Origin: an uncultured Acidobacteriaceae bacterium
GTDB taxonomy: Bacteria > Acidobacteriota > Terriglobia > Terriglobales > Acidobacteriaceae
Direction: 5' to 3'
Assembly: GCA_963850865.1 (NCBI GenBank)
Contig: CAWKMZ010000007.1
Coordinates: 282,845 to 346,844 of the forward strand
Length of the DNA: 64,000 nt
Shown one piece after another: positions 1 to 8,557 of this stretch (positions are counted from its first letter, which is position 1; every line of letters starts with the position of its first letter). The notes beneath the pieces were generated by a model. It had not been told where the DNA came from and did not search any database. It saw only the letters and a program-made list of their open reading frames with translations. Position numbers and translations under genes: made by a program.

Positions 1-246
1 TGCGGATCATCCAGCTTGGCGTATGGCACAGGTGCGACTTTGGCAGACCAATCGGGCGAAAGAAACCTCCCCGTTGAACTTGAGTAGTAGCGCGCAGAGA
101 AGTAATCGTTCCCGCTCTCTGCATCCCGTTCTTTGCCGGTAGAACAGGATAGCGGAAAACAAGGTCTGAGAGCACAAGTTGTGCAGAGCGTCGTAGATGT
201 GGATCACAACCTGACCTCCATCGTAGGTGAAGCCCGTGCCGGACAT
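1..246 (-). pseudogene. Orphan Rhs core-end module, partial (continues beyond the window start), apparent 1-nt frameshift near 140
   Basis: The minus frame from 134 down to 1 reads GKERDAESGNDYFSARYYSSSTGRFLSPDWSAKVAPVPYAKLDDP. This is 37/45 identical to the core end of the rhs gene at 860-2542. The ATG at 246 (MSGTGFTYDGGQVVIHIYDAL...AILF) is in another frame. It joins the core end only if one nt (extra t at about 140) is removed. Confidence 0.6.
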
Positions 247-251
247 CCTGG

Positions 252-836
252 TCAGTGCCTGTGGGGACCTGCATCACCCGCAGACTTCTTCTTAGCGCGT
301 GCTGCGCAAATTGAATGAGTTGGACCGAACGGCTTCGATACGAACGCGATTGCTACGGCCTCATCTTCATAAAATATCACTCCAATGCCTTTATCTCGAT
401 ATTCCAAGTGTTTGATCGGTCCGTTAGGCGATTCGTAAATCGGTGCTGCCCCTCCCTCGCCGAGGCAATCATCCGTATCATATTGAACAGCGATATAGCC
501 CGAGCCGAACAGTTGGACGATCTCGCTTTTCGACAGCCGTTTCTTCAGAGAAAGCGTCATTCCGTCGAGAACTCCCTTTTGCACATAGACCGTGAGCACT
601 CCAGGTGCTGGATCGGCCACAATATAGGTCATCGTTGGAAGTCCTGTGTCCTGCTCCTTCCCAATCGTTTTGGGCTTACCAAGTACCCTGAGCACATCGT
701 CCTTTGTGCTGAGTCCAACCGTCAGGTCGTTATACATGGCTGGCGACCATGACCTATCCGCAGGTTTCTGAGGGTTGGCCTGCTGAACTACGATGGTCGC
801 CAACATGATTATTTGTAGCGCCTTCTTAATCTGCAT
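252..836 (-). CDS. Exported hypothetical protein; candidate immunity protein for the upstream Rhs M23 toxin
   Basis: 194-aa ORF starting 23 nt downstream of the rhs stop on the same strand. The N-terminus MQIKKALQIIMLATIVVQQANP looks like a Sec signal peptide. No family recognised. The immunity role is inferred from position only. Confidence 0.7.
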   Translation of the reverse strand: MQIKKALQIIMLATIVVQQANPQKPADRSWSPAMYNDLTVGLSTKDDVLRVLGKPKTIGKEQDTGLPTMTYIVADPAPGVLTVYVQKGVLDGMTLSLKKRLSKSEIVQLFGSGYIAVQYDTDDCLGEGGAAPIYESPNGPIKHLEYRDKGIGVIFYEDEAVAIAFVSKPFGPTHSICAARAKKKSAGDAGPHRH

Positions 837-859
837 AGTTCTCCTGAGCCTTCCGTTGG

Positions 860-2542
860 CTACTGGGTGGCACTATTGAGCCAAGTGGCTGGATCGACGC
901 GTTGGCCGTTGACCTGAACTTCAAAATGAACGTGAGACTCGCTCGCTGGCTGTCCCGCAGCGTTTCCAGTTTGTCCCGAAGTTCCGATCACATCGCCGCG
1001 TTGTACGGTGTCTCCCACAGAAACACCATTCTCGGAATTATGGGAATACACCGTTACAGTGCCACTACCATCGTCGACCTTGACGGTGTTTCCATAGCCG
1101 GTTGTTTGCGAGCCGCTCACGCCGCTAAACGTCACTGTTCCCCCTGTAGCTGCGTGAATATCGGAGCCAACCGGGGCGCTAATATCTTCTCCCTGGTGGG
1201 TCCGACTGCATCCCGTACCTCTGCAAGCTCCAAAATTACCGGCTCCGCCTACTCCCGGACGTTCATTGCCTGGCTGTCCTTTGGGATCACGAGAAAACAA
1301 GGTCTGTCCCGTTACTGGGTTCACTCCCTTCATCGGAGGACCGCCTGGTACAGGTGCCTGCGCTAGCTGGGGACGAGGCGTATCTACCCAGCCTTTGCCC
1401 TGAAGGGTATTCAGGACCTTATCCCAGAAGTCATGGCCGTCTGGGTCTGTTTTACCCAGAGGATTGTTCAGGACGTATGAGTAGAGGTTCAGCGACTGTG
1501 GATTGTCCAACTTCGCGTACGGTACTGGTTCGGCTTTGGCCGACCAATCCGGGCTCATAAACCGGCCCATGCTGGAGGCATAGTACCTTGCCCCGAAGTA
1601 GTCGTTTCCTGATTCGGTGTCGCGTTCTTTGCCGGTGAAGTGGTGCGGGTCGGGGATGTTGCCGGCGCAGGCGAGGCCGTCGCCGAAGGGCAGGCCAGTG
1701 CAGGTTCCCTGGAGCACGCCGGCCGAGTCAGTTGTGGCGCGCAAGGTGCCGAGCCAGTCAGTGAGCCGGAACGAGGGCAGCGGCTTGGTGGGATTGTCGG
1801 GCGAGGGGTCATAGGCAGCGAAGAGCGCGCCGGCGGCATAGACGTAGGTGCGCTGCCAGTTCATGCCGCCGTTGGAGTCCTGGGCGACTTCGCTCACCTG
1901 CTCGCCGCCGGGGCCGAGAATGTAGTCGGTTTCGTTGTTGCTCGTCATGAAGCCGTTCTGCGTCATGTCGCAGGAGAGAGTGGGCGTGCCGTTAACCATG
2001 ACCAGTTGAATCGAACTCTTGGCGACGCGGTTGCCTTCGGCGTCGTAGAGGTAGCCCATTGTGCCGCTTGGGCCGGAAACCGCGCAGATGCGCCCTTCGC
2101 CGTCGTAGGCATAGTGGTTGCCGCTGCTGGGATCGACGGTCACATCGCCCGAGGCGTCGTAGCTGGGCGTATAGTTGGCTGTTCCAACCCGTATCGACTG
2201 GATCTGGTTGCTGATTGCGGGAGTGACAGCCGTGCTGGGCGGGATGGGCGCGGTGACTTGCGCACCCTGGGCGAGTCCGAACGATTCGCTCGTGCGGTTT
2301 CCGAAGGAGTCGTAGCTCCAGGCTGCCTGCATGCCCTGGTACGGGCCACTGCTCGCCTGCGCCGCGACCAGCCGGTTTAGCGTGTCATACCCGCTGCCGC
2401 CGGCCGTCGTCATGCTCCACGTCCCCATCACGGAATCATAGTAGCTCAAGGGATTGCTGGGCAGGGTCGGCCCTTGACAGGAAAAAGAGGGGGCGAGGGA
2501 ATGTTCCGTCGGTCCCTGGGGTTGTGGTTCGTGGTCTCCCAC
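860..2542 (-). CDS. RHS repeat-associated core protein (N-terminally truncated) with C-terminal M23 (LytM-type) metallopeptidase domain
   Basis: YD-repeat-like segments (YAYDGEGR, YLYDAEGNR) are present. The core-end motif is FTGKERDTESGNDYFGARYYASSMGRFMSPD...NPLGKTDPDGH. It is followed by a 190-aa tail with M23 motifs HQGED (HxxxD) and HVHFEV (HxH). The GTG start at 2542 is immediately preceded by an in-frame TGA. Confidence 0.9.
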   Translation of the reverse strand: MGDHEPQPQGPTEHSLAPSFSCQGPTLPSNPLSYYDSVMGTWSMTTAGGSGYDTLNRLVAAQASSGPYQGMQAAWSYDSFGNRTSESFGLAQGAQVTAPIPPSTAVTPAISNQIQSIRVGTANYTPSYDASGDVTVDPSSGNHYAYDGEGRICAVSGPSGTMGYLYDAEGNRVAKSSIQLVMVNGTPTLSCDMTQNGFMTSNNETDYILGPGGEQVSEVAQDSNGGMNWQRTYVYAAGALFAAYDPSPDNPTKPLPSFRLTDWLGTLRATTDSAGVLQGTCTGLPFGDGLACAGNIPDPHHFTGKERDTESGNDYFGARYYASSMGRFMSPDWSAKAEPVPYAKLDNPQSLNLYSYVLNNPLGKTDPDGHDFWDKVLNTLQGKGWVDTPRPQLAQAPVPGGPPMKGVNPVTGQTLFSRDPKGQPGNERPGVGGAGNFGACRGTGCSRTHQGEDISAPVGSDIHAATGGTVTFSGVSGSQTTGYGNTVKVDDGSGTVTVYSHNSENGVSVGDTVQRGDVIGTSGQTGNAAGQPASESHVHFEVQVNGQRVDPATWLNSATQ

Positions 2543-2545
2543 TCA

Positions 2546-2640
2546 TCCACGATAAAACCGTGGATGAATGGGGCACAGAGGTTTTTGGTTATTTGATGAC
2601 CGGGCCACCTGCCCACCTGCCAACGGCAGAAAAGTCAGGA
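2546..2640 (+). repeat. Short spacer resembling a dispersed acidobacterial intergenic repeat
   Basis: The plus strand reads HDKTVDEWGTEVFGYLMTGPPA. From memory this resembles short dispersed repeats in Terriglobia genomes. There is only one copy in this window, so repeat status cannot be shown here. Confidence 0.25.
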
Positions 2641-2645
2641 CCCCC

Positions 2646-3430
2646 TCAACTCAGGATCCGCGCAATGATGGGGCCCCAGAAAGAAAGATCGGGTTTGCGG
2701 AACGGCTGATTGTGGCCGATAGCCAGGCACGATCACGACTTCAGCGGGTACGGGGCACAGGCGGCGAGTCGCGCGCCATTTGAACGGGGAAGAGGCGATC
2801 GTTTTCGCAGTGGACGACCAGTACAGAGACACGTGCAATCGCGGAGGGACTCTTGCGCCGGCCATAAGGGCGGAACGAGAGGGCTGAATCTGGCAGGGAG
2901 CCCGATGGCGCAAACGGCATCGCGAAAAGACGTGAACGCGGCGCAGAGAAAAAGGTGATCGGGCGCGGCCGTATTCACGATTGCGGCGGCGGGACCGCTC
3001 CCAAGAGAAAAACCAAGGAGTGGCGGTTGGCGGCGGGTGCGTGAGACGCTGAAGCTGGAAGGCGGAGATGCCGTCGTGATCGAATTGCGCGCCAGCTGGG
3101 GCGTCCGGTGCTGCGGCCATAGCCCGAGTAATCGAAAAGAGCGACGAAACGCCGTATGCGGCGAAGAGGCTGCTGCACGGGAAACCAATGCTGAACGGTT
3201 TCGCCGATGCCGTGGCAGAGAAGCATTGAGGCTCGTGCAGGGTTTGCGGCGGGCTGACGAACACCGCATCGAGAGGATTTTGCCGCTGGAGATTTAGGGC
3301 GTCGCGGCAAGTAGATTTGGCGCCTCCAGCGGCGACGCTGGGGTGACCGCCCGAGAGAGCCGGTCATAGAGCAAATGAATGCGACTGGCGCATGCAAGGT
3401 AAACGGAGCGAGGCCGGTGAAAGACGACAT
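2646..3430 (-). pseudogene. Alpha/beta-hydrolase pseudogene with multiple frameshifts
   Basis: Hydrolase motifs are scattered over three minus frames. These are LLCHGIGE...FDYSGYGRSTGRPS (frame of ORF 2975-3430), the nucleophile elbow LLGFSLGSGPAAA...FTSFRDA (frame of ORF 2733-3269), and VVIVPG followed after a shift by GHNQPFRKPDLSFWGPIIARILS-stop (stop at 2646-2648). The 5' boundary is uncertain. Confidence 0.6.
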
Positions 3431-3485
3431 CCAGGGGTGCTCCGCAAACTGATTGCGCGGAGGCCAGAGTAAGCGATCTGCAGCG

Positions 3486-4922
3486 CTATTGCGTCGGCGC
3501 GATGAGGTACTGCTCGAGCTTGCCGTCGGGGTAGGTGTAGGTTGTGAGCCGGAGACGGCGGCCGGGATAAACGATGTCGAATGCGCGGAAGGTCATGCCG
3601 CCGCGAAGTTCTTCGCTGGTTTGGCGCAGGCTGAGCGGCTCGCCGAGCGGCGCAAGACTGGACTGGAAGTCGGCGATGGCCTGGGGCGTGAAGTAGTCGT
3701 TGAGGTTCGGCGCGAGGAGTGATCGGTCGATGCGCCCTTGCTGCAGGCCGCGGTAGATGTCGAGGGCTTGCTGCTCAGGAGCGCTGAGTGGATAGCCGGC
3801 GATGAGAGGCGCGGCGAGATTGGCAATGGTGCTGGCCGCGCCGACGGCATCCTGGTTGGTGAGGACGGCTACGGCCACGCCGTCATCGATGAGTACTTGG
3901 TTGTCGGCGACGAATCCTGAGACCTCGCCCGAGTGCTCGATGGAGCGATGGCCATCGCGATCGCGCACCTCGACGCCGAGGCCGTATTCGGTGCCCTTCC
4001 CGTTTTTCAGCTTGACCTCAGTGAACATTTGTTTGTAGCTCTCGGACGAAAGAATTGACTGGGCGGCAATGCTTTGGTCCCAAAGAGCGAGGTCGTGCGC
4101 GGTCATGGCGAGCTCGCCGGCGGCGAACATCCAGCCTGCACCCTCTTTGGGCGCGAGCCGCAGTGGACCGAGCGCGTGGCGATAGTACGCCGTGGCGTCG
4201 GGAGGCATGAGCTGGCTCGCGTCGGAGTTCCAGACAGAAGTCATACCGAGCGGGCGAAAGATGTGCTCGGTGAGGAAGTCGAAGAGAGGCTGGCCGGAGA
4301 CGATCTCGACGATGCGGCCGGCGATGACGAAGTTGGTGTTCGAATATTGCCACTGGGTGCCGGGATCGAAGTCGAGCGGCTTTTTGGCCCAGGTGTCGAG
4401 GATCTGCTGGGCGGTTTCGGGCTGGAGCATGGGAGTCATGACGTAATCTTCGGGCCAGTAATCCTGATAGCCGGAGGTGTGGGAGAGAATCTGGCGGATG
4501 GTGATTTCGTTGCCGCGCGTGAGGCCGGGAATGTATTTGCCGACGGTGTCGTCCAAGGAGAGCTTGCCTTGTTCCTGAAGCAGGAGGATTGCGGCGGCCG
4601 TGAATTGCTTGGAGATGGAGCCGATGGAGTAGCGCATGGCGGGCGTGGCAGGGACGGCAGGAGCGGAGGCTGAGGCCAGGTGGGCGAAACCGTAGGCGTG
4701 GGTGTAGACGAGCTTGCCGTGCTGGACGACGGCGATGGAGGCCGAAGGCACGCCGGTGGCTCCGAGCACCTGCGCGGCGATGCGGTCGATGCGCGATTGG
4801 AGGTCAGGTGAGAGGGCGTCGACGGTTTGGTTGGGGGCTTGAGCGGGCGCGTGAGGAGCCAGGAAACACAGCGCGAGAATCGACAGGATTAAAGAGCGCG
4901 GAGATTTTATTCGGCAGTGCAT
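3486..4922 (-). CDS. Serine hydrolase, beta-lactamase/transpeptidase-like (class C family), secreted
   Basis: Has the SxxK motif (SISKQF) and YxN motif (YSNTNF). The start is placed at the internal ATG 4922, giving the signal peptide MHCRIKSPRSLILSILALCFLAPHAPAQA. The ORF is open to 5099. Confidence 0.9.
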   Translation of the reverse strand: MHCRIKSPRSLILSILALCFLAPHAPAQAPNQTVDALSPDLQSRIDRIAAQVLGATGVPSASIAVVQHGKLVYTHAYGFAHLASASAPAVPATPAMRYSIGSISKQFTAAAILLLQEQGKLSLDDTVGKYIPGLTRGNEITIRQILSHTSGYQDYWPEDYVMTPMLQPETAQQILDTWAKKPLDFDPGTQWQYSNTNFVIAGRIVEIVSGQPLFDFLTEHIFRPLGMTSVWNSDASQLMPPDATAYYRHALGPLRLAPKEGAGWMFAAGELAMTAHDLALWDQSIAAQSILSSESYKQMFTEVKLKNGKGTEYGLGVEVRDRDGHRSIEHSGEVSGFVADNQVLIDDGVAVAVLTNQDAVGAASTIANLAAPLIAGYPLSAPEQQALDIYRGLQQGRIDRSLLAPNLNDYFTPQAIADFQSSLAPLGEPLSLRQTSEELRGGMTFRAFDIVYPGRRLRLTTYTYPDGKLEQYLIAPTQ

Positions 4923-5101
4923 AGGCGCCGTTCCCTCTCGTTCAGGATAGACGCATGGGCTCAATGGGGCGATACGATCCGCGCGCATACGATAGCCTGT
5001 CGAGAGGCAAGTGATGCGCGAGTCAAAATGCGGATCAACGGGCCCGGATGACGGGGCGCAGATGAATTCGCCAACGACGAGACTGGGATGGCTGGGCAAA
5101 A

Positions 5102-5719
5102 ATGCAAAAGCTGATTGAGGGACATAAGAAGTTTCTTGCCGAGGTGTTCCCGGCGAAGAAGAGCCACTTTCATTTGCTGGCGGAGGGACAGTCGCCGGAG
5201 TGGCTGTTCATTACCTGCGCGGATTCGCGCGTGCTGCCGGACCTGATTCTGGGGACGGAGCCGGGGGACCTGTTTATCTCGCGCAGCATCGGCAACGTGG
5301 TGCCGGTGACGAGCCACGACGTGGACGGCGTGACGGCCACGATCGAGTACGCGGTGGAAGTGCTGAAGGTGCGGCACATCATCGTGTGCGGGCACTCGGA
5401 CTGCGGAGCGCTGAAGGCCGCGCTCGACCGAAAGAGCCTGGAGAACCTGCCCAAGGCGCGGCGTTGGCTGGAGCATGTGGAAGCGGCCTTCGCTTACAGG
5501 CAGCCGCTGAATCCTGCCGATGGCGAGAGCGCCGAACTGGCGTCGTTGATCCGCGGCAACGTGGTGGCACAGCTCAAGAACCTGCAGGCACAGATGCCGG
5601 TGCGTAACGCGATGGCCGAGGGCCGGCTGACGGTGCACGGGTGGTACTACGACATTTTGACGGGGCGGATTGAGGAGTACGACGAAGGGGAGAAGAAGTT
5701 TGTGGGGTTGGCGGGGTAG
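5102..5719 (+). CDS. can: Beta-class carbonic anhydrase
   Basis: Zinc-ligand motifs CADSRV and HSDCGA are present. The length is typical at 205 aa. Confidence 0.93.
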   Translation: MQKLIEGHKKFLAEVFPAKKSHFHLLAEGQSPEWLFITCADSRVLPDLILGTEPGDLFISRSIGNVVPVTSHDVDGVTATIEYAVEVLKVRHIIVCGHSDCGALKAALDRKSLENLPKARRWLEHVEAAFAYRQPLNPADGESAELASLIRGNVVAQLKNLQAQMPVRNAMAEGRLTVHGWYYDILTGRIEEYDEGEKKFVGLAG

Positions 5720-5805
5720 GTCGGAAAGCAGCGGCGGCCTTATTGGACATTTGACCCCATTTTGAATAGACTAGATGATTAACTAGTTGGTTGATGGAGG
5801 GAGCT

Positions 5806-6066
5806 ATGCCGGCGACAGATACCCGATACACCGAAATTGGCGCATTCGACGCCAAGACGAGGCTCTCCGAGATCTTGCGCAAAGTGAAACGGGGAGAACG
5901 ATTCACGATCACGGTACGGGGAAGAGCGGTAGCCAACCTGGTGCCGAGTGAACAGCGCGACCAGCGCCGCGTGAAAGAAGCGGTCGAGGCATTGCGAAAT
6001 TTTCCCCGGATCACCGGCGTTTCGGGCGACGAAGTTCTTGCGTGGATTCGGGAAGGCCGAAAGTAA
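5806..6066 (+). CDS. Type II antitoxin, Phd/YefM-like
   Basis: The N-terminus IGAFDAKTRLSEILRKVKRGERFTITVRGRAVANLVP is typical of Phd/YefM. A GGAGGG RBS lies 5 nt upstream of ATG 5806. The gene ends 9 nt before the PIN gene. Confidence 0.8.
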   Translation: MPATDTRYTEIGAFDAKTRLSEILRKVKRGERFTITVRGRAVANLVPSEQRDQRRVKEAVEALRNFPRITGVSGDEVLAWIREGRK

Positions 6067-6075
6067 GGTCAGCCT

Positions 6076-6504
6076 ATGGGATTGGTTCTCGACGCTTCAT
6101 CTGTGCTCGCATGGTTCGTTCAGCGAATGGATCGGCGCGAAGCGGCCATGGCTGAAGAGATCCTGGCGAGCGTCGAGCGGGACGAAGCCGTGGTGCCGGC
6201 TCTATGGTTCACTGAGGTGGTGAACGGGCTTCTCGTCGCGGAACGCCTCCGCCGCAACGGTCCTTCAAAGGCTCCACAATTCCTGGCTGAGCTTGCTGCA
6301 CTGCCCATTGAGGAAGATCGCGTCAGGCCATCCGTTACACAGGGAGAGGTTTTGGCGCTTTCACGCAGGCATGGACTTTCGGCCTATGACGCCGTCTACA
6401 TGGAACTCTCGTTGCGAACGGGCAGAGCGCTTGCGACTTTCGACAAGCAGCTTGCCAAGGCGTTGCGCAAGGCGGGTGGGCGGGTGTTTGGAGATGCGGC
6501 GTAA
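6076..6504 (+). CDS. vapC: PIN-domain ribonuclease toxin, VapC family
   Basis: Begins MGLVLDASSVLAWF with the conserved acidic D. It also has SAYDAVYMELS. 142 aa, directly downstream of the antitoxin. Confidence 0.85.
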   Translation: MGLVLDASSVLAWFVQRMDRREAAMAEEILASVERDEAVVPALWFTEVVNGLLVAERLRRNGPSKAPQFLAELAALPIEEDRVRPSVTQGEVLALSRRHGLSAYDAVYMELSLRTGRALATFDKQLAKALRKAGGRVFGDAA

Positions 6505-6780
6505 GGGTGCCAAGGATCGCTTCCCATTTGATTTTTGAGCCCTCTTCTTTACTTCGACTCCAAAGGTGTTTCTTTTCGGCTTCGGGTGATCCATCTTGAT
6601 TGCCGGCAGATGCAGGCAGGGTCCGGCGGCTGCCATTGCGGTTCTTCTTGGCCGCCGGCAAGCCGGGGAAATCGTGAAAACCCAACTCCTCTGCCCGACC
6701 GTTGAGCGCCGGAACCTGCGAGTGCAGATATGGGCGTTCACAGCATATGAGGCCTCTGAATAGCATGCGGTTGCTTTCGC

Positions 6781-8361
6781 CTAGTGCGCGCCGGGCGGGG
6801 CTTCAGTGTGGGCGGGCGGCTTGGTGAAGAGCCATGCGCAGGCAGCGCAGATGAGGGCGAGGACGGCGGTCCAGCGGAAGACATCGACATAGGCAAGCTG
6901 CGCGGCCTGCTGCTGCATGAGGCCGTAGATGAGGCCGTAGGAGCCGGGGCGCGCGTTTGCCGGGCCGATGCGATGGCCAAGATATGTGGCGATGATGGCG
7001 GACTTCTGCTGAAGCACGGCAGAGCTGGGCGAGAGGTTCGCGCCCAATTCGGTCTGATGCAGGGCCGCGCGGCGAATGATCGCTGTGGTGGCCATGGCGA
7101 TGCCGATTGAACCGCCTATGTTGCGCAGCATGTTGAAGAGGCCGGTGGCGTTGCCCATCTCATTCCTGGAGATGGTGCGGGTGGATAAAGTGGCCAGCGG
7201 CACGAAGACGAAGCTGAGCGCGAAGCCGGTAAGCATGATGGGAAAGAGCAGCGTGTAAGGGCCGATGTCGAGGTTGACCTCGCCAAAGATGAAGGCGCAC
7301 ACGGCGAAGCCGAGGAATCCGGCACAGAGCAGCTTGCGGTTGTCGATGCGGGAACCGAGGATGCCGATGATGGGCGAGCCGATGAAGGAGCCGACGCCGC
7401 GGGGAAAGACGACGAGGCCCGCGGTGAACGCGGTGTAGCCGAGAATCTCCTGATAGTAGAGCGGGAGGATGGCAATGGTGATGTAAATGCACATGCCGAG
7501 CATGGCGATCATCAGGCAGCCGGTTCGGAAGTTGGGATTTTTGAGGATGTGCAGATCGACAAGGCCCTTGGGATGGGTCCAGGAGTGCCAGATCCACAGC
7601 AAGAGCGCAATGACGAGCGCCGCTACCGCCCAGCGCACCCAGATGGCGCCGAACCAATCGTCCTCCTGACCTTTGTCGAGGACGATCTGCAGGCAGCCGG
7701 TCCAGACAATCAACAAGCCGAAGCCGATGTTGTCAAAGGCGCCCACCTTGGCGTTCTTGATGTAAGGGGGATCGTGGACGAAGCGGCTGATCATGATGAC
7801 GGCCAGAATGCCGACGGGAATGTTGATGTAGAAGGCGTAGCGCCAGCTGAATGTGTCAGTGAGCCAGCCGCCGAGAGTGGGGCCGAGGACTGGGGCACAA
7901 ACGATTCCGAGTCCGTATGCGGCCATGGCTTTGGAGCGGTCCCGGAGGGAAAAGCTCTCGAGCAGAATGGATTGCGAGAGCGGCTGCAATGCGCCGCCGC
8001 CCGCCCCTTGCAGGATGCGGGCCAGGAGGATGACGGCCAGCGATGGGGCAGCACCGCAAAAGAAACTTGCGATCGTGAAGAGAATGACGCAGGTGAGCAG
8101 GAAGCGCTTGCGGCCGAAGCGGCGCGCAAACCAATTGGAAGCGGGCAGAATGACCGCGTTGGCGACAAGGTAGCTGGTGAGCACCCAGGTGGCTTCGGAG
8201 TTGGAGGCTGAGAGCGAGCCGGCGATGTAGGGCAGGGCCACCGAGGCGATGGCGGTGTCAAGCACTTCCATGAAGGTGGGAAGCATGACCGACACTGTGA
8301 CCAGCCACGGGTTAACGCCCTGGGTGAGCGGGTAGCGAGCTTGAGCGGCAGCCGTGGTCAT
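6781..8361 (-). CDS. MFS transporter, DHA2 (EmrB/QacA) drug-efflux family
   Basis: 526 aa with about 14 hydrophobic segments. Has typical DHA2 N-terminal motifs (LDTAIASVALPYIAGSL, GRKRFLL). Confidence 0.9.
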   Translation of the reverse strand: MTTAAAQARYPLTQGVNPWLVTVSVMLPTFMEVLDTAIASVALPYIAGSLSASNSEATWVLTSYLVANAVILPASNWFARRFGRKRFLLTCVILFTIASFFCGAAPSLAVILLARILQGAGGGALQPLSQSILLESFSLRDRSKAMAAYGLGIVCAPVLGPTLGGWLTDTFSWRYAFYINIPVGILAVIMISRFVHDPPYIKNAKVGAFDNIGFGLLIVWTGCLQIVLDKGQEDDWFGAIWVRWAVAALVIALLLWIWHSWTHPKGLVDLHILKNPNFRTGCLMIAMLGMCIYITIAILPLYYQEILGYTAFTAGLVVFPRGVGSFIGSPIIGILGSRIDNRKLLCAGFLGFAVCAFIFGEVNLDIGPYTLLFPIMLTGFALSFVFVPLATLSTRTISRNEMGNATGLFNMLRNIGGSIGIAMATTAIIRRAALHQTELGANLSPSSAVLQQKSAIIATYLGHRIGPANARPGSYGLIYGLMQQQAAQLAYVDVFRWTAVLALICAACAWLFTKPPAHTEAPPGAH

Positions 8362-8557
8362 GCAGGGAGACTGCTCTGAGGGTAAACGATGGGCTCATGA
8401 GCCGCTTGTGACACGGACCACGGCGAGGATGGCGGCGATCACGTTAGCTTTGGAATGCGGGCTGTGTGATCTGGCTCAGCTTGACACAATCGGCCCGGCC
8501 CTTGATGCTGGTCAGTTCCGCTATTTTAGGCGACGGCTCGAGGAGGGCTCCCCGGTG

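Noticed and set aside
1640-2380. 246-aa plus-strand ORF inside the rhs gene
   Set aside because: It is antisense shadow of a GC-rich gene. Composition is Gly/Ala/Arg/Val-rich and low-complexity, there is no RBS, and the opposite strand has clear RHS/M23 motifs.
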